This document shows, piece after piece, positions 14,397-21,473 of a stretch of 41,493 bases of DNA. The notes beneath the pieces are model-generated. The model searched no databases. It had not been told where the DNA came from and saw nothing but the letters and a program-made list of their open reading frames with translations. Position 1 is the first letter of the stretch, and each line of letters begins with the position of its first letter. The translations under genes were made by a program, and so were the position numbers. The stretch comes from a virus. The stretch lies in the IMG/VR virus record IMGVR_UViG_3300039305_000005; one strand, given 5' to 3'.

Positions 14397-15740
14397 ATGA
14401 GCACACAGCTCCAGAAAATGCGAGCCGATTTCGAGGTCAAGACCAAGCGGGCCGACGAAATCATCAACAAAGCGGATCCAACGCCAGAAGAAGCGACCGA
14501 AGCGGAAACGCTGGTCAACCAAGAACTTCCAGCGCTGAAATCCAAGATCGACAGCCTGGCCGGCCTGGGCGGTCTCAAGGCCAATCTGACGGAACTCAAT
14601 TCGTGGAACAACGATGCGACTCCGCTGGTGCAGCCTGGCGCTAATGGCGGCAAAAAAAGCGTCGGCAAAACCGAGATCAACCTGCTGACTGGCGAAGTGG
14701 TAGACGAATCCGGCGAAGGTCTACTTTCCGAGCACCAGATCAAAGCCACACGCGATCCGCAATACCTGCGTGCTTATAACTCGTTTCTGCGCAATCGCGG
14801 TATTGAGAACATGAAGTCGGCGGATGAAATCAAGTCGTTGTCCGAAGGCATCGACACCGAAGGTGGTTTCTTGGTGCCGCCTGAGATCCTGGCCGGCATC
14901 ATCAAGCGCGAACCGGCTCCCACGCGAATGCTCGACCGCGTGCGCACCATCACGGTCTCTTCTGATCGTGCGATGATGCTGAAGTCGGAATACGACGTTG
15001 ATGATCTGTATTCCAGCGCCGTGCGCGTCTACAAGACCGCTGAAGGCGCGGCTGCCACCAAATCGGATAAGCCGGTGTTTGGCACGCTGCAGATCGATGT
15101 TCACCAGTTCACTGCCGAACTTTCGATTTCGCGTATGCTGCTCGAAGACACCAGCTTCGACTTGATCGGCTTTGTTGCTGAAGAATTCCGCACCGCTTAT
15201 CGTAACTTCCTCGCCAGGAGCCTGCTGCAGGGTTCGGGTGTCGGCGAGCATCATGGTTTGCTCACCCGTGCCGGCAAAGCCAAAGGTCCGGAGATCGTCA
15301 ATTCCGGTCATGCCAGCCAAGTCACATGGACGGGCTTGCGCAAGATCAAAAACGCCGTGCCCGAGCAGTACGATGAAAACAGCATCTATTGCTTCAACAA
15401 GAAATCCACCCAGGATGCCATTGAGGCGCTGGTGGATAACGATGGGCGTCCGCTCTGGCCGGAGTCGCAGCGTTCGGGCTTGGAAAACGGTGTGCCGGGC
15501 CGCCTGCAGGGCTATGGTTACATTCGTGATCCATTCATGCCCGATGTGGCGGCGAATGCTTTGGCCTACTGGTTCGGTGATCCGCTGGGTTATTACCGCG
15601 CCATGCGTTTGGGCATGAGCATCGAGCCGTTGCGCGAAATCGAAGCGCGTCGCGGTCAAGTCGTGTTCCTCGCTCGCTTCCGTGATGGTGGCGATGTCGG
15701 CGAACCGTGGCGCCTCAAAGTCGGCAAGATCGCCGCGTAA
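14397..15740 (+). CDS. Major capsid protein, HK97 fold, with N-terminal delta (scaffold-like) domain
   Basis: 447 aa. Coiled N-terminal region (QKMRADFEVKTKRADEIINK...). The sequence character is typical of HK97-family capsid proteins. The gene follows the portal and protease. The start was chosen at the ATG behind AGGAGA. Confidence 0.92.
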   Translation: MSTQLQKMRADFEVKTKRADEIINKADPTPEEATEAETLVNQELPALKSKIDSLAGLGGLKANLTELNSWNNDATPLVQPGANGGKKSVGKTEINLLTGEVVDESGEGLLSEHQIKATRDPQYLRAYNSFLRNRGIENMKSADEIKSLSEGIDTEGGFLVPPEILAGIIKREPAPTRMLDRVRTITVSSDRAMMLKSEYDVDDLYSSAVRVYKTAEGAAATKSDKPVFGTLQIDVHQFTAELSISRMLLEDTSFDLIGFVAEEFRTAYRNFLARSLLQGSGVGEHHGLLTRAGKAKGPEIVNSGHASQVTWTGLRKIKNAVPEQYDENSIYCFNKKSTQDAIEALVDNDGRPLWPESQRSGLENGVPGRLQGYGYIRDPFMPDVAANALAYWFGDPLGYYRAMRLGMSIEPLREIEARRGQVVFLARFRDGGDVGEPWRLKVGKIAA

Positions 15741-15765
15741 GCGCTGCATCTCCTGTGTTCTCTCT

Positions 15766-15794
15766 CACCAGGCCGGTTTAACACCGGCCTGGTG
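15766..15794 (+). terminator. 12-bp perfect hairpin after the capsid gene (attenuator or stabiliser; no T-run)
   Basis: CACCAGGCCGGT (15766-15777) pairs with ACCGGCCTGGTG (15783-15794) around a 5-nt loop. Confidence 0.45.
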
Positions 15795-15805
15795 TTCATC
15801 CATCC

Positions 15806-15815
15806 AAAGTACTTT
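15806..15815. repeat. Class-1 palindrome copy (AAGTACTT core)
   Basis: CCAAAGTACTTTCGAAGG, ending 11 nt before ATG 15827. Confidence 0.9.
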
Positions 15816-15826
15816 CGAAGGAAAAA

Positions 15827-16267
15827 ATGAATAGACAGCTTCTCACATCTGCAGTGCCGCTTTTAGCTTCTGGCGCGGTCGCCGCTGGAGTCACGCAAGT
15901 CGTGGGCTCAACGATCGATACCCAGGGCTATCAAGATATCACCATCATCGCGCATTTGGGCGCCATCACCGCTACAGGCACCGCCACACTTAAAGTTGCC
16001 CAGGGCGAACAGGCCGACGGCTCCGATAAAGCCGATTTGGCCGGCAGCGCCGTAGTGGCCACCGATGCCCACTCCAACAAAGCCATCGCGATCGATATCC
16101 ATCGCCCGACCGAACGCTACATCACGCCGATTCTCAACCGTGCCACTGCCAACGTGGTAGTGGTGGCCATCACAGTGATTTTGCACGGCGCCGCTCACAC
16201 ACCGGTGCAACAGTCCTATGTTGTCGCGCACAAGGCGTTAAACGGACCGGCTGAAGGCGCTGCTTAA
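15827..16267 (+). CDS. Hypothetical head protein (possible decoration or cement protein)
   Basis: 146 aa, A/G/T/V-rich, immediately downstream of the capsid gene. The function is inferred from position only. Confidence 0.75.
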   Translation: MNRQLLTSAVPLLASGAVAAGVTQVVGSTIDTQGYQDITIIAHLGAITATGTATLKVAQGEQADGSDKADLAGSAVVATDAHSNKAIAIDIHRPTERYITPILNRATANVVVVAITVILHGAAHTPVQQSYVVAHKALNGPAEGAA

Positions 16268-16271
16268 TTTC

Positions 16272-16284
16272 TGACCCTGGGTCA
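16272..16284. repeat. Class-2 palindrome TGACCCTGGGTCA
   Basis: Starts 4 nt after the TAA (16265-16267) and ends 8 nt before ATG 16293. Confidence 0.9.
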
Positions 16285-16292
16285 CTTCTTCC

Positions 16293-16994
16293 ATGTATCG
16301 CAACTTCCCCACTGACGCCGATCTGCGCGCGTTTCTGGTCAAAAACAATCTGGTGGAGTCGGATTATGCCGGTGATCTGCGTGCGCCCACTCTGGCGGTT
16401 CAGGATCAGTGGAAGCTCGATACAGAGTTTTCGCCGTTTCTGGCCGATCCGGAACCATCAGAACGCACGTTCGATGCGCCGGGACCCCGAATGCCGCGCC
16501 ATCGCACTTACACCAGCTTGCTGATGGGCGGCGGAAGTGGCAGCGGCGGCGGAACGTTGCTCGATTTGGGTGCGGGTGTTGTCGGTTCGCCGGTTTCGGT
16601 TGTCATCGACGGTCGAACCCTGATCGAAAACGAAGATTTCGTGATGCTGATGAAAAACGCGCCAGCGGAAGATCAGCCGTACACACAAATTCGTTTTACC
16701 AGCCCGGTCTACTCGAAGCCTAACGGCATCGTGATTACGGCGCTGTGGGGCTTCTGTGCGCTGCCACCAGCCGGGAAGGGTATTCCGGCGCTGGCGTGGG
16801 AAGGCTGCCTGCAGGGCGCGGCGGCCATGTTCTTTTATGCGCTGCCCAACGTGCCAGATCTGGAAAGCATTTCGCGTGCTGGTATCTCCGAATCTTTCGA
16901 GATCGCATCGACTGTTACGGCCAACCAGCGGGGCGAGGCGTTGATCAAAACCTACCATAGCGCGGCAAAGCGTTATCGTCGAGGTGGCGAATGA
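16293..16994 (+). CDS. Putative head-tail connector / adaptor protein
   Basis: 233 aa, positioned in the head-completion module. The function is inferred from synteny. Confidence 0.6.
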   Translation: MYRNFPTDADLRAFLVKNNLVESDYAGDLRAPTLAVQDQWKLDTEFSPFLADPEPSERTFDAPGPRMPRHRTYTSLLMGGGSGSGGGTLLDLGAGVVGSPVSVVIDGRTLIENEDFVMLMKNAPAEDQPYTQIRFTSPVYSKPNGIVITALWGFCALPPAGKGIPALAWEGCLQGAAAMFFYALPNVPDLESISRAGISESFEIASTVTANQRGEALIKTYHSAAKRYRRGGE

Positions 16995-17029
16995 TAGAGA
17001 CCTTTGATTGGCTAACAACACGTTCCGTA

Positions 17030-17122
17030 ATGGTGTCGCCGATCTATATGATGACCTCCTATCCAATCACGGTTTTTAGTGTGTGCTATTGGATTTGGTG
17101 GCTTCACAAGAGATTCAAGTAA
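17030..17122 (+). CDS. Possible 30-aa hydrophobic peptide
   Basis: MVSPIYMMTSYPITVFSVCYWIWWLHKRFK, in an A+T-richer insert within the head-tail genes. There is no strong RBS. Confidence 0.2.
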   Translation: MVSPIYMMTSYPITVFSVCYWIWWLHKRFK

Positions 17123-17133
17123 GGCGGTGAGTA

Positions 17134-17457
17134 GTGAGTAAAGAGGCGTACTCGTGGAGTATTTTGCTGGCGTATCCGTTCTTGTTGGCTTGGCAGGCAC
17201 TGGCATTACATGTGATGTGGAATTGGTTCGTGGTGACACATTTTCATGTCGCTCCGCTTCCCGTTGCAATTGCCGCCGGTCTGATTCTGATTAGGGGACT
17301 TTTGACCAAGATCAATAAAGAAGACCGCCAATCACTGAACGACATGACTTGTAATGAACGGGCAAAGGCATTTGAGTCGATTGTGGGTTTTGCCTTTAGC
17401 GTACCGCTGGGGACGTTAGGAATAGGTTTCTTACTCCACCGGCTATTCGTCCTATGA
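17134..17457 (+). CDS. Small membrane protein (about 3 TM segments), A+T-richer insert in the head-tail module
   Basis: GTG start. Hydrophobic segments ILLAYPFLLAWQALAL, PLPVAIAAGLILI and GFAFSVPLGTLGIGFLL. The stop overlaps the next ATG (ATGA). Confidence 0.6.
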   Translation: MSKEAYSWSILLAYPFLLAWQALALHVMWNWFVVTHFHVAPLPVAIAAGLILIRGLLTKINKEDRQSLNDMTCNERAKAFESIVGFAFSVPLGTLGIGFLLHRLFVL

Positions 17458-18095
17458 AGCCATTTGACTCGCGGCGTTATCGTCGACAAAACCAGGAGCG
17501 CGGCCAACAGGTACGCTGGTGGGCGGCGATTCCATGCGAGTGCGTCGATCCACCCACCGGGCAACGCGATAGCAACTGCACGCTGTGCGAGAAAGACGGC
17601 TTTCGCTACCTGGAGCAAGAAATACCCGACGGCATTGATGGCCGGCCAGCGCGGGCGATCTTCTACGAAACCACCGTCGCACACCAGGATGCAGAATTCG
17701 GTTTGATCCAAGTCGGACAGACCGCTGTTTCGGTTTTTCGCGATGAGATCGATCTGCGTCGCAAGCATATCTTAGTCGGACTGCATTTCGTCGAGCCCGA
17801 AGGCAAAGTCGTGGTGCGCGGATCCGGTGATATCGATGTGCTGACAACCGGCGTGGTGAAGTCGATCAGCCTGGTGACGCAGGGTGCCATGGTTTATGGT
17901 CCAGATCTGCATTACCGTCCGACGGAAACCGGTATCGAGTGGATCCATGCCACGCGACCGGCGCCGGGCAGCCGTTACAGCGTCGCGTTCGACTTTCATC
18001 CCCGCTACGTGGTTTTGGACATCAACACGCAGCTGCAGGAAATGGGCAGCGACGAGCGGCCATTGATGACCGACTTTATTCTGGTTCGCCGCTAA
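17454..18095 (+). CDS. Virion (neck or head-completion) protein with N-terminal Cys4 motif
   Basis: CEC...CTLC lies near the N-terminus. The gene is translationally coupled to the upstream gene. The structural role is inferred from position. Confidence 0.7.
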   Translation: MKPFDSRRYRRQNQERGQQVRWWAAIPCECVDPPTGQRDSNCTLCEKDGFRYLEQEIPDGIDGRPARAIFYETTVAHQDAEFGLIQVGQTAVSVFRDEIDLRRKHILVGLHFVEPEGKVVVRGSGDIDVLTTGVVKSISLVTQGAMVYGPDLHYRPTETGIEWIHATRPAPGSRYSVAFDFHPRYVVLDINTQLQEMGSDERPLMTDFILVRR

Positions 18096-18119
18096 GGGTT
18101 AGCGGCGCTCACAACCGAC

Positions 18120-18181
18120 AGAGAACGCGCGAACCCTTAGTCATGCCCGACCGCCGGTTCTCGCGTTCTCTTACCCATAAA
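18120..18181. promoter_or_regulatory. Long imperfect inverted repeat (16-bp arms)
   Basis: AGAGAACGCGCGAACC (18120-18135) and GGTTCTCGCGTTCTCT (18166-18181), with one mismatch. It lies between 17454..18095 and 18204..18650. Confidence 0.4.
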
Positions 18182-18203
18182 TTTACATGAATCAGGGAGT
18201 CTT

Positions 18204-18650
18204 ATGAAAAGACGAAATGGACAGACTATTGGCGAGGCGTTGCTGGTCATCGTGATTGTCGCGGCGGTAATGGTAGGCGCGTTTTCGCTCATTAGCCACG
18301 CAAGGCGCAACCCGGCGCAGATCGCTGACCTGGATGACACACCGACGGTTCACCACGTTTATCACGGTGGACGCACCACACCGGCGGTCATTCATCGCAC
18401 CACGATTATTAAGCAAAATCGCACGGTCTATACACCGCAGCCCAAACGCATCGAGATGAAGCGAGCCGCAGCGATTCGCACGCCTAAACCTTACGTGGCC
18501 ATCTCACGCAGCGGCACGATCCGGGTTTCGCCGGTGCCTGGTGTCGACTATTATAAATCGACTCCAAAATATTCCAGTTCGACACCAAGTTATTCCCGAT
18601 CGACATCGAGCAGCTCGCGAAGTACTTCGAGCTATTCGTCGAGGCGGTGA
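18204..18650 (+). CDS. Hypothetical protein with prepilin-like N-terminus and S/T/Y-rich tail
   Basis: GGGAG RBS. The N-terminus, KRRNGQTIGEALLVIVIVAAVMVGAF, resembles a class III (type IV pilin / pseudopilin) signal, with G followed by E at +5. The C-terminus is STPKYSSSTPSYSRSTSSSSRSTSSYSSRR. Confidence 0.65.
   Translation: MKRRNGQTIGEALLVIVIVAAVMVGAFSLISHARRNPAQIADLDDTPTVHHVYHGGRTTPAVIHRTTIIKQNRTVYTPQPKRIEMKRAAAIRTPKPYVAISRSGTIRVSPVPGVDYYKSTPKYSSSTPSYSRSTSSSSRSTSSYSSRR
18618..18629. repeat. Class-1 palindrome copy (AAGTACTT core)
   Basis: CGAAGTACTTCG, a 12-bp palindrome inside the CDS, read as R-S-T-S-S. Confidence 0.9.
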
Positions 18651-18653
18651 ACG

Positions 18654-19187
18654 ATGGCAGATCCGACACCAGCCGAAACGATGGAAGGTGCACGGCTCGA
18701 TGGGGGTCGAGTGCGACCGGCACGCGCTGAAATCCTACGCCTGCAAAGTACTTTGTTGCCGGCGTTGGTGGCATATCAGAACGATCGCGAGGGCTTGACT
18801 ATTCCGATCCCCGAACGCTTTCGCTATGCGCGCACCAGCCTGGGCAAAGTGCAGTTTCCCACCGTTGTCATCGGCGCCCGGCTCGAATCGCCCACCGTCG
18901 CGATCCGGACGCAGCAAAAGAAGATCCTGGTCTCGATTACCGCGCTGGGTGAACCGATCGAAGTCGGCGAGCAGTGGGATGATCTGTGGGACATCGTGGA
19001 GCTGGCGGCGCGCATCATGGCCAAAACCAAAAGCGGCTGGAAACTGCCCGACAGTCGACCGGTGTGGCTCGGCTGCAAGCTCGACACGATCAGCGACGTG
19101 TTGCCGGATTACTGGCGCGAATATGCTGGCGTGCGCGCTGAATTCAACATCAATCAAACCGGGCTCGATCTCTGGGAGCCCGCCTGA
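18654..19187 (+). CDS. Putative head-tail joining / tail completion protein
   Basis: 177 aa. ATG lies 3 nt after the upstream stop. The function is inferred from synteny. Confidence 0.65.
   Translation: MADPTPAETMEGARLDGGRVRPARAEILRLQSTLLPALVAYQNDREGLTIPIPERFRYARTSLGKVQFPTVVIGARLESPTVAIRTQQKKILVSITALGEPIEVGEQWDDLWDIVELAARIMAKTKSGWKLPDSRPVWLGCKLDTISDVLPDYWREYAGVRAEFNINQTGLDLWEPA
18744..18755. repeat. Class-1 palindrome copy (AAGTACTT core)
   Basis: CAAAGTACTTTG inside the CDS, read as Q-S-T-L-L. Confidence 0.9.
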
Positions 19188-19209
19188 TTGTTTCTCTATT
19201 TTTTCAACT

Positions 19210-19221
19210 CCAAAGTACTTT
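19210..19221. repeat. Class-1 palindrome copy (AAGTACTT core)
   Basis: CAAAGTACTTTG, followed by GAAGGAG and then ATG 19233 (11 nt after the palindrome). Confidence 0.9.
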
Positions 19222-19232
19222 GAAGGAGCTCT

Positions 19233-19446
19233 CATGAGCGAGCAAAACGATACACAGGCCACGCCGGATATCTGCACCGATCAGGTTCCGCTGGTCGATA
19301 AGAATCCCTTTGGCCACGGCATTCCCCGCGAACCGGAAGAGTCGGCACCTGGCAACCCGGTCGAAGCCGAAGGTTTAGCCATCAAGGCGTTTGTTGACGA
19401 AACGCCGGATGAAACACAAGGCGGTGACACCAGTGGCGAACGTTGA
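19233..19446 (+). CDS. Small acidic hypothetical protein (71 aa)
   Basis: ATG behind GAAGGAG. This is the in-frame internal start of track ORF 18826..19446. Confidence 0.55.
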
Positions 19447-20398
19447 ATACGAGGGCAATTCCTATGATGGTTTTGAGGGTTATGTCGGTTTTGCTCTTGA
19501 AACCGGGATGCTGGGGTCGACCGCGACCGAACTGCCGGCATCGCCCACGCTGGCGCCGATTGGTTTCGCCTCTTCCCCTGAAATCGATACGCCGGAAAGT
19601 CTGTCCGATGTAATGGGCGTGGGACGCAAGAACGCCTTTGGTTTCAAGGGCAAGCGTCGTGAGCCTTACGCTAAAGGTAGCTTGCTACTCTCGCACGCTG
19701 CCAACTGCAAAAAACTTTTGCAGGCGAGTTCGAGCAATACACCCACCTCGGCGATCGCGGCAGTCAATCGACACGCCGGTATGCCGGTGGTGACATTGGG
19801 CGGCGGTGTCGCCAACCCTGATGATGTGGCACGGCGCATTCTGTGGCAGGTGCGTTATGGCATGCTCTCCAGCCTGTCGCTCATGATCGCGATGAATGAG
19901 CTGGTGCGTCTGGAATACGAAATCAGGGCGCTGACAGCGGTTAAAGCCAGCTCTGTTACACCATTCACCGATAGTGCGATCGTCACGGCTGGCGGGACAC
20001 CGTTCACCATGGACGAGTGCTGGATGGAGTACGATGACGATACCAATACCATCGATCTCTCAGGGATCGCGGAAAATATCCGTCTCACCATTGCCAACCA
20101 GATCAATCTGCGCGGCATCCGGCATCCACATCCGGAGTTGAAGGATGCGCACCCGCTGACCCGTGCACCGCGCCAGCTGACCGCCGGGAAAGAAACCACC
20201 GGCATCGAGCTGGGGCTAACCGACGAAGTACCCACCGTGCCGGGAACGTTGAACTTTCGCCTGAATAACGGCATCGGGCAAGTCAACTGTTCGCTGACCG
20301 GCATCGCGCTGGCCAATAACACAATGAACGCAGCGGACGCCGAATCGCCGTTCACATTTGCCACCACATTCCGCTCGACGAGCATGATTTTCTCTTGA
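19409..20398 (+). CDS. Putative major tail (tube) protein
   Basis: About 330 aa, directly upstream of the chaperone pair and the tape measure gene. The start is ambiguous (TTG 19391, ATG 19409, GTG 19424 or 19433). Confidence 0.6.
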   Translation: MKHKAVTPVANVEYEGNSYDGFEGYVGFALETGMLGSTATELPASPTLAPIGFASSPEIDTPESLSDVMGVGRKNAFGFKGKRREPYAKGSLLLSHAANCKKLLQASSSNTPTSAIAAVNRHAGMPVVTLGGGVANPDDVARRILWQVRYGMLSSLSLMIAMNELVRLEYEIRALTAVKASSVTPFTDSAIVTAGGTPFTMDECWMEYDDDTNTIDLSGIAENIRLTIANQINLRGIRHPHPELKDAHPLTRAPRQLTAGKETTGIELGLTDEVPTVPGTLNFRLNNGIGQVNCSLTGIALANNTMNAADAESPFTFATTFRSTSMIFS

Positions 20399-20401
20399 TT
20401 T

Positions 20402-20416
20402 GTGACCCTGGGTCAC
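20402..20416. repeat. Class-2 palindrome, extended form GTGACCCTGGGTCAC
   Basis: Starts 3 nt after the TGA (20396-20398). It lies 43 nt upstream of ATG 20460. Confidence 0.9.
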
Positions 20417-20459
20417 ATTCTGTTCCTGTTTTGAATTTTCGCCTATAAGTGAGGGCAAA

Positions 20460-21215
20460 ATGCCACAAGGTAAAGTGTTTTGGTTTTACAGCACATTAGA
20501 TGCAAGCGGATCCGGAAAACCTGATCCGACACGTGATGAAGATGTGAGCGAAGTACACATCAGCGAATTGTCGGACACGACGATCGATCCAATGGTGCCT
20601 GGTGCACTCGATGGTGTCGCAGCGATGTTTGAATCGCAGCCTACCATCGACGAAGACGAGGCCAACGCTGACATCGAGTCGGAAAGCACTTCAGTCGAAG
20701 AGGCTCCCGAAGAAGATGCCGAAGACGATGACGAGCTGGAGGAAGACATTTTCTCCAACCAGTCGGAAATGCTCGGCACCAAGAAGGGCTACACCCTGAC
20801 GGTGACGATCGGCAAAACCAAGTTTTTCGGCGTTGAAGCGACGAAGGAAGTCGAAGCCGCTTACCGTAAACAGATCAAAGCGGTCGAAAACGAAAGTAAG
20901 GTGATCGGCAAGCTGCAGGAGCAGCTGCAAGCGCAGGCCAAAGCGAACAAGCTCGATGAAGCTGCTATTGAAAAGCGTAGCGCTGAAATCGAGTCACGTT
21001 CCGAAGCCAATGCAGGCCGCATCATCAAGGCCAATGAGTATTTAATCAATCGCACCGTGCGCGATTGGTCAAACCCAACCTGGCCACGTAAACCGCGCTG
21101 CACAGAAGCCAACCGCGCCAAGATTTCGCCGTCGCGAAAAGCGCAGCTGGCTGATCTGATTATGCAGAAGACCAAAACGGGACGTGCGAACTCGGATTTT
21201 TTAGTGCCATCCTGA
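20460..21215 (+). CDS. Tail assembly chaperone (gpG-like) with unusually acidic N-terminal extension
   Basis: Lies upstream of the tape measure gene. The D/E-rich N-terminal roughly 100 aa include EDEANADIESESTSVEEAPEEDAEDDDELEED. A slippery site lies near the 3' end. Confidence 0.7.
   Translation: MPQGKVFWFYSTLDASGSGKPDPTRDEDVSEVHISELSDTTIDPMVPGALDGVAAMFESQPTIDEDEANADIESESTSVEEAPEEDAEDDDELEEDIFSNQSEMLGTKKGYTLTVTIGKTKFFGVEATKEVEAAYRKQIKAVENESKVIGKLQEQLQAQAKANKLDEAAIEKRSAEIESRSEANAGRIIKANEYLINRTVRDWSNPTWPRKPRCTEANRAKISPSRKAQLADLIMQKTKTGRANSDFLVPS
21197..21203 (+). promoter_or_regulatory. -1 programmed ribosomal frameshift slippery heptamer T_TTT_TTA
   Basis: The zero frame reads gaT TTT TTA, 10 nt before the TGA at 21213-21215. 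The -1 frame stays open to 21436. Confidence 0.55.
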
Positions 21216-21436
21216 CGCAGGAGCTTTGCGGGAAGCGCGCTACATCACTCCGGACGCGTTTCCCAGACTTAGCTCGCTACGTCGATGACTTTTACCGCGC
21301 ACTCAAATTTCCTAACGCTTTTGACTGGCATTCGATGCCCGTCGCATGGCGGCAAGCGCAAGACGCGCTATCGGCGGAATATGAGCGCGTGCAGGGCGAA
21401 TTACAAGTGCTGTTGCTGAAAAAGCGCACGCTGTAA
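21203..21436 (+). CDS. -1 frame extension giving a gpGT-like chaperone fusion (20460..21203 joined to 21203..21436)
   Basis: The 78-codon open -1 frame (SAILTQELCGKRATSL...YVDDFYRALKFPNAFDWHSMPVAWRQAQDALSAEYERVQGELQVLLLKKRTL) has no usable start of its own. It ends 37 nt before the tape measure ATG. Confidence 0.55.
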   Translation, partial: SAILTQELCGKRATSLRTRFPDLARYVDDFYRALKFPNAFDWHSMPVAWRQAQDALSAEYERVQGELQVLLLKKRTL

Positions 21437-21460
21437 TTCGCCTTTTTCTATTTCAGTTTT

Positions 21461-21470
21461 AAGGTACTTT
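21461..21470. repeat. Class-1 palindrome variant AAGGTACTTT (one mismatch)
   Basis: Ends 3 nt before the tape measure ATG 21474. Confidence 0.6.
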
Positions 21471-21473
21471 GCG

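Noticed and set aside
14721-15749. 342-aa ORF antisense to the major capsid gene. Similar long antisense ORFs occur at 6250..6891(-), 9666..10238(-), 21401..22021(-), 24120..24653(-) and 36203..37096(+).
   Set aside because: They lie entirely inside well-supported genes on the other strand. They have Arg/Ala/Gly-rich shadow composition typical of G+C-rich DNA. They lack RBSs or coupling to neighbours.
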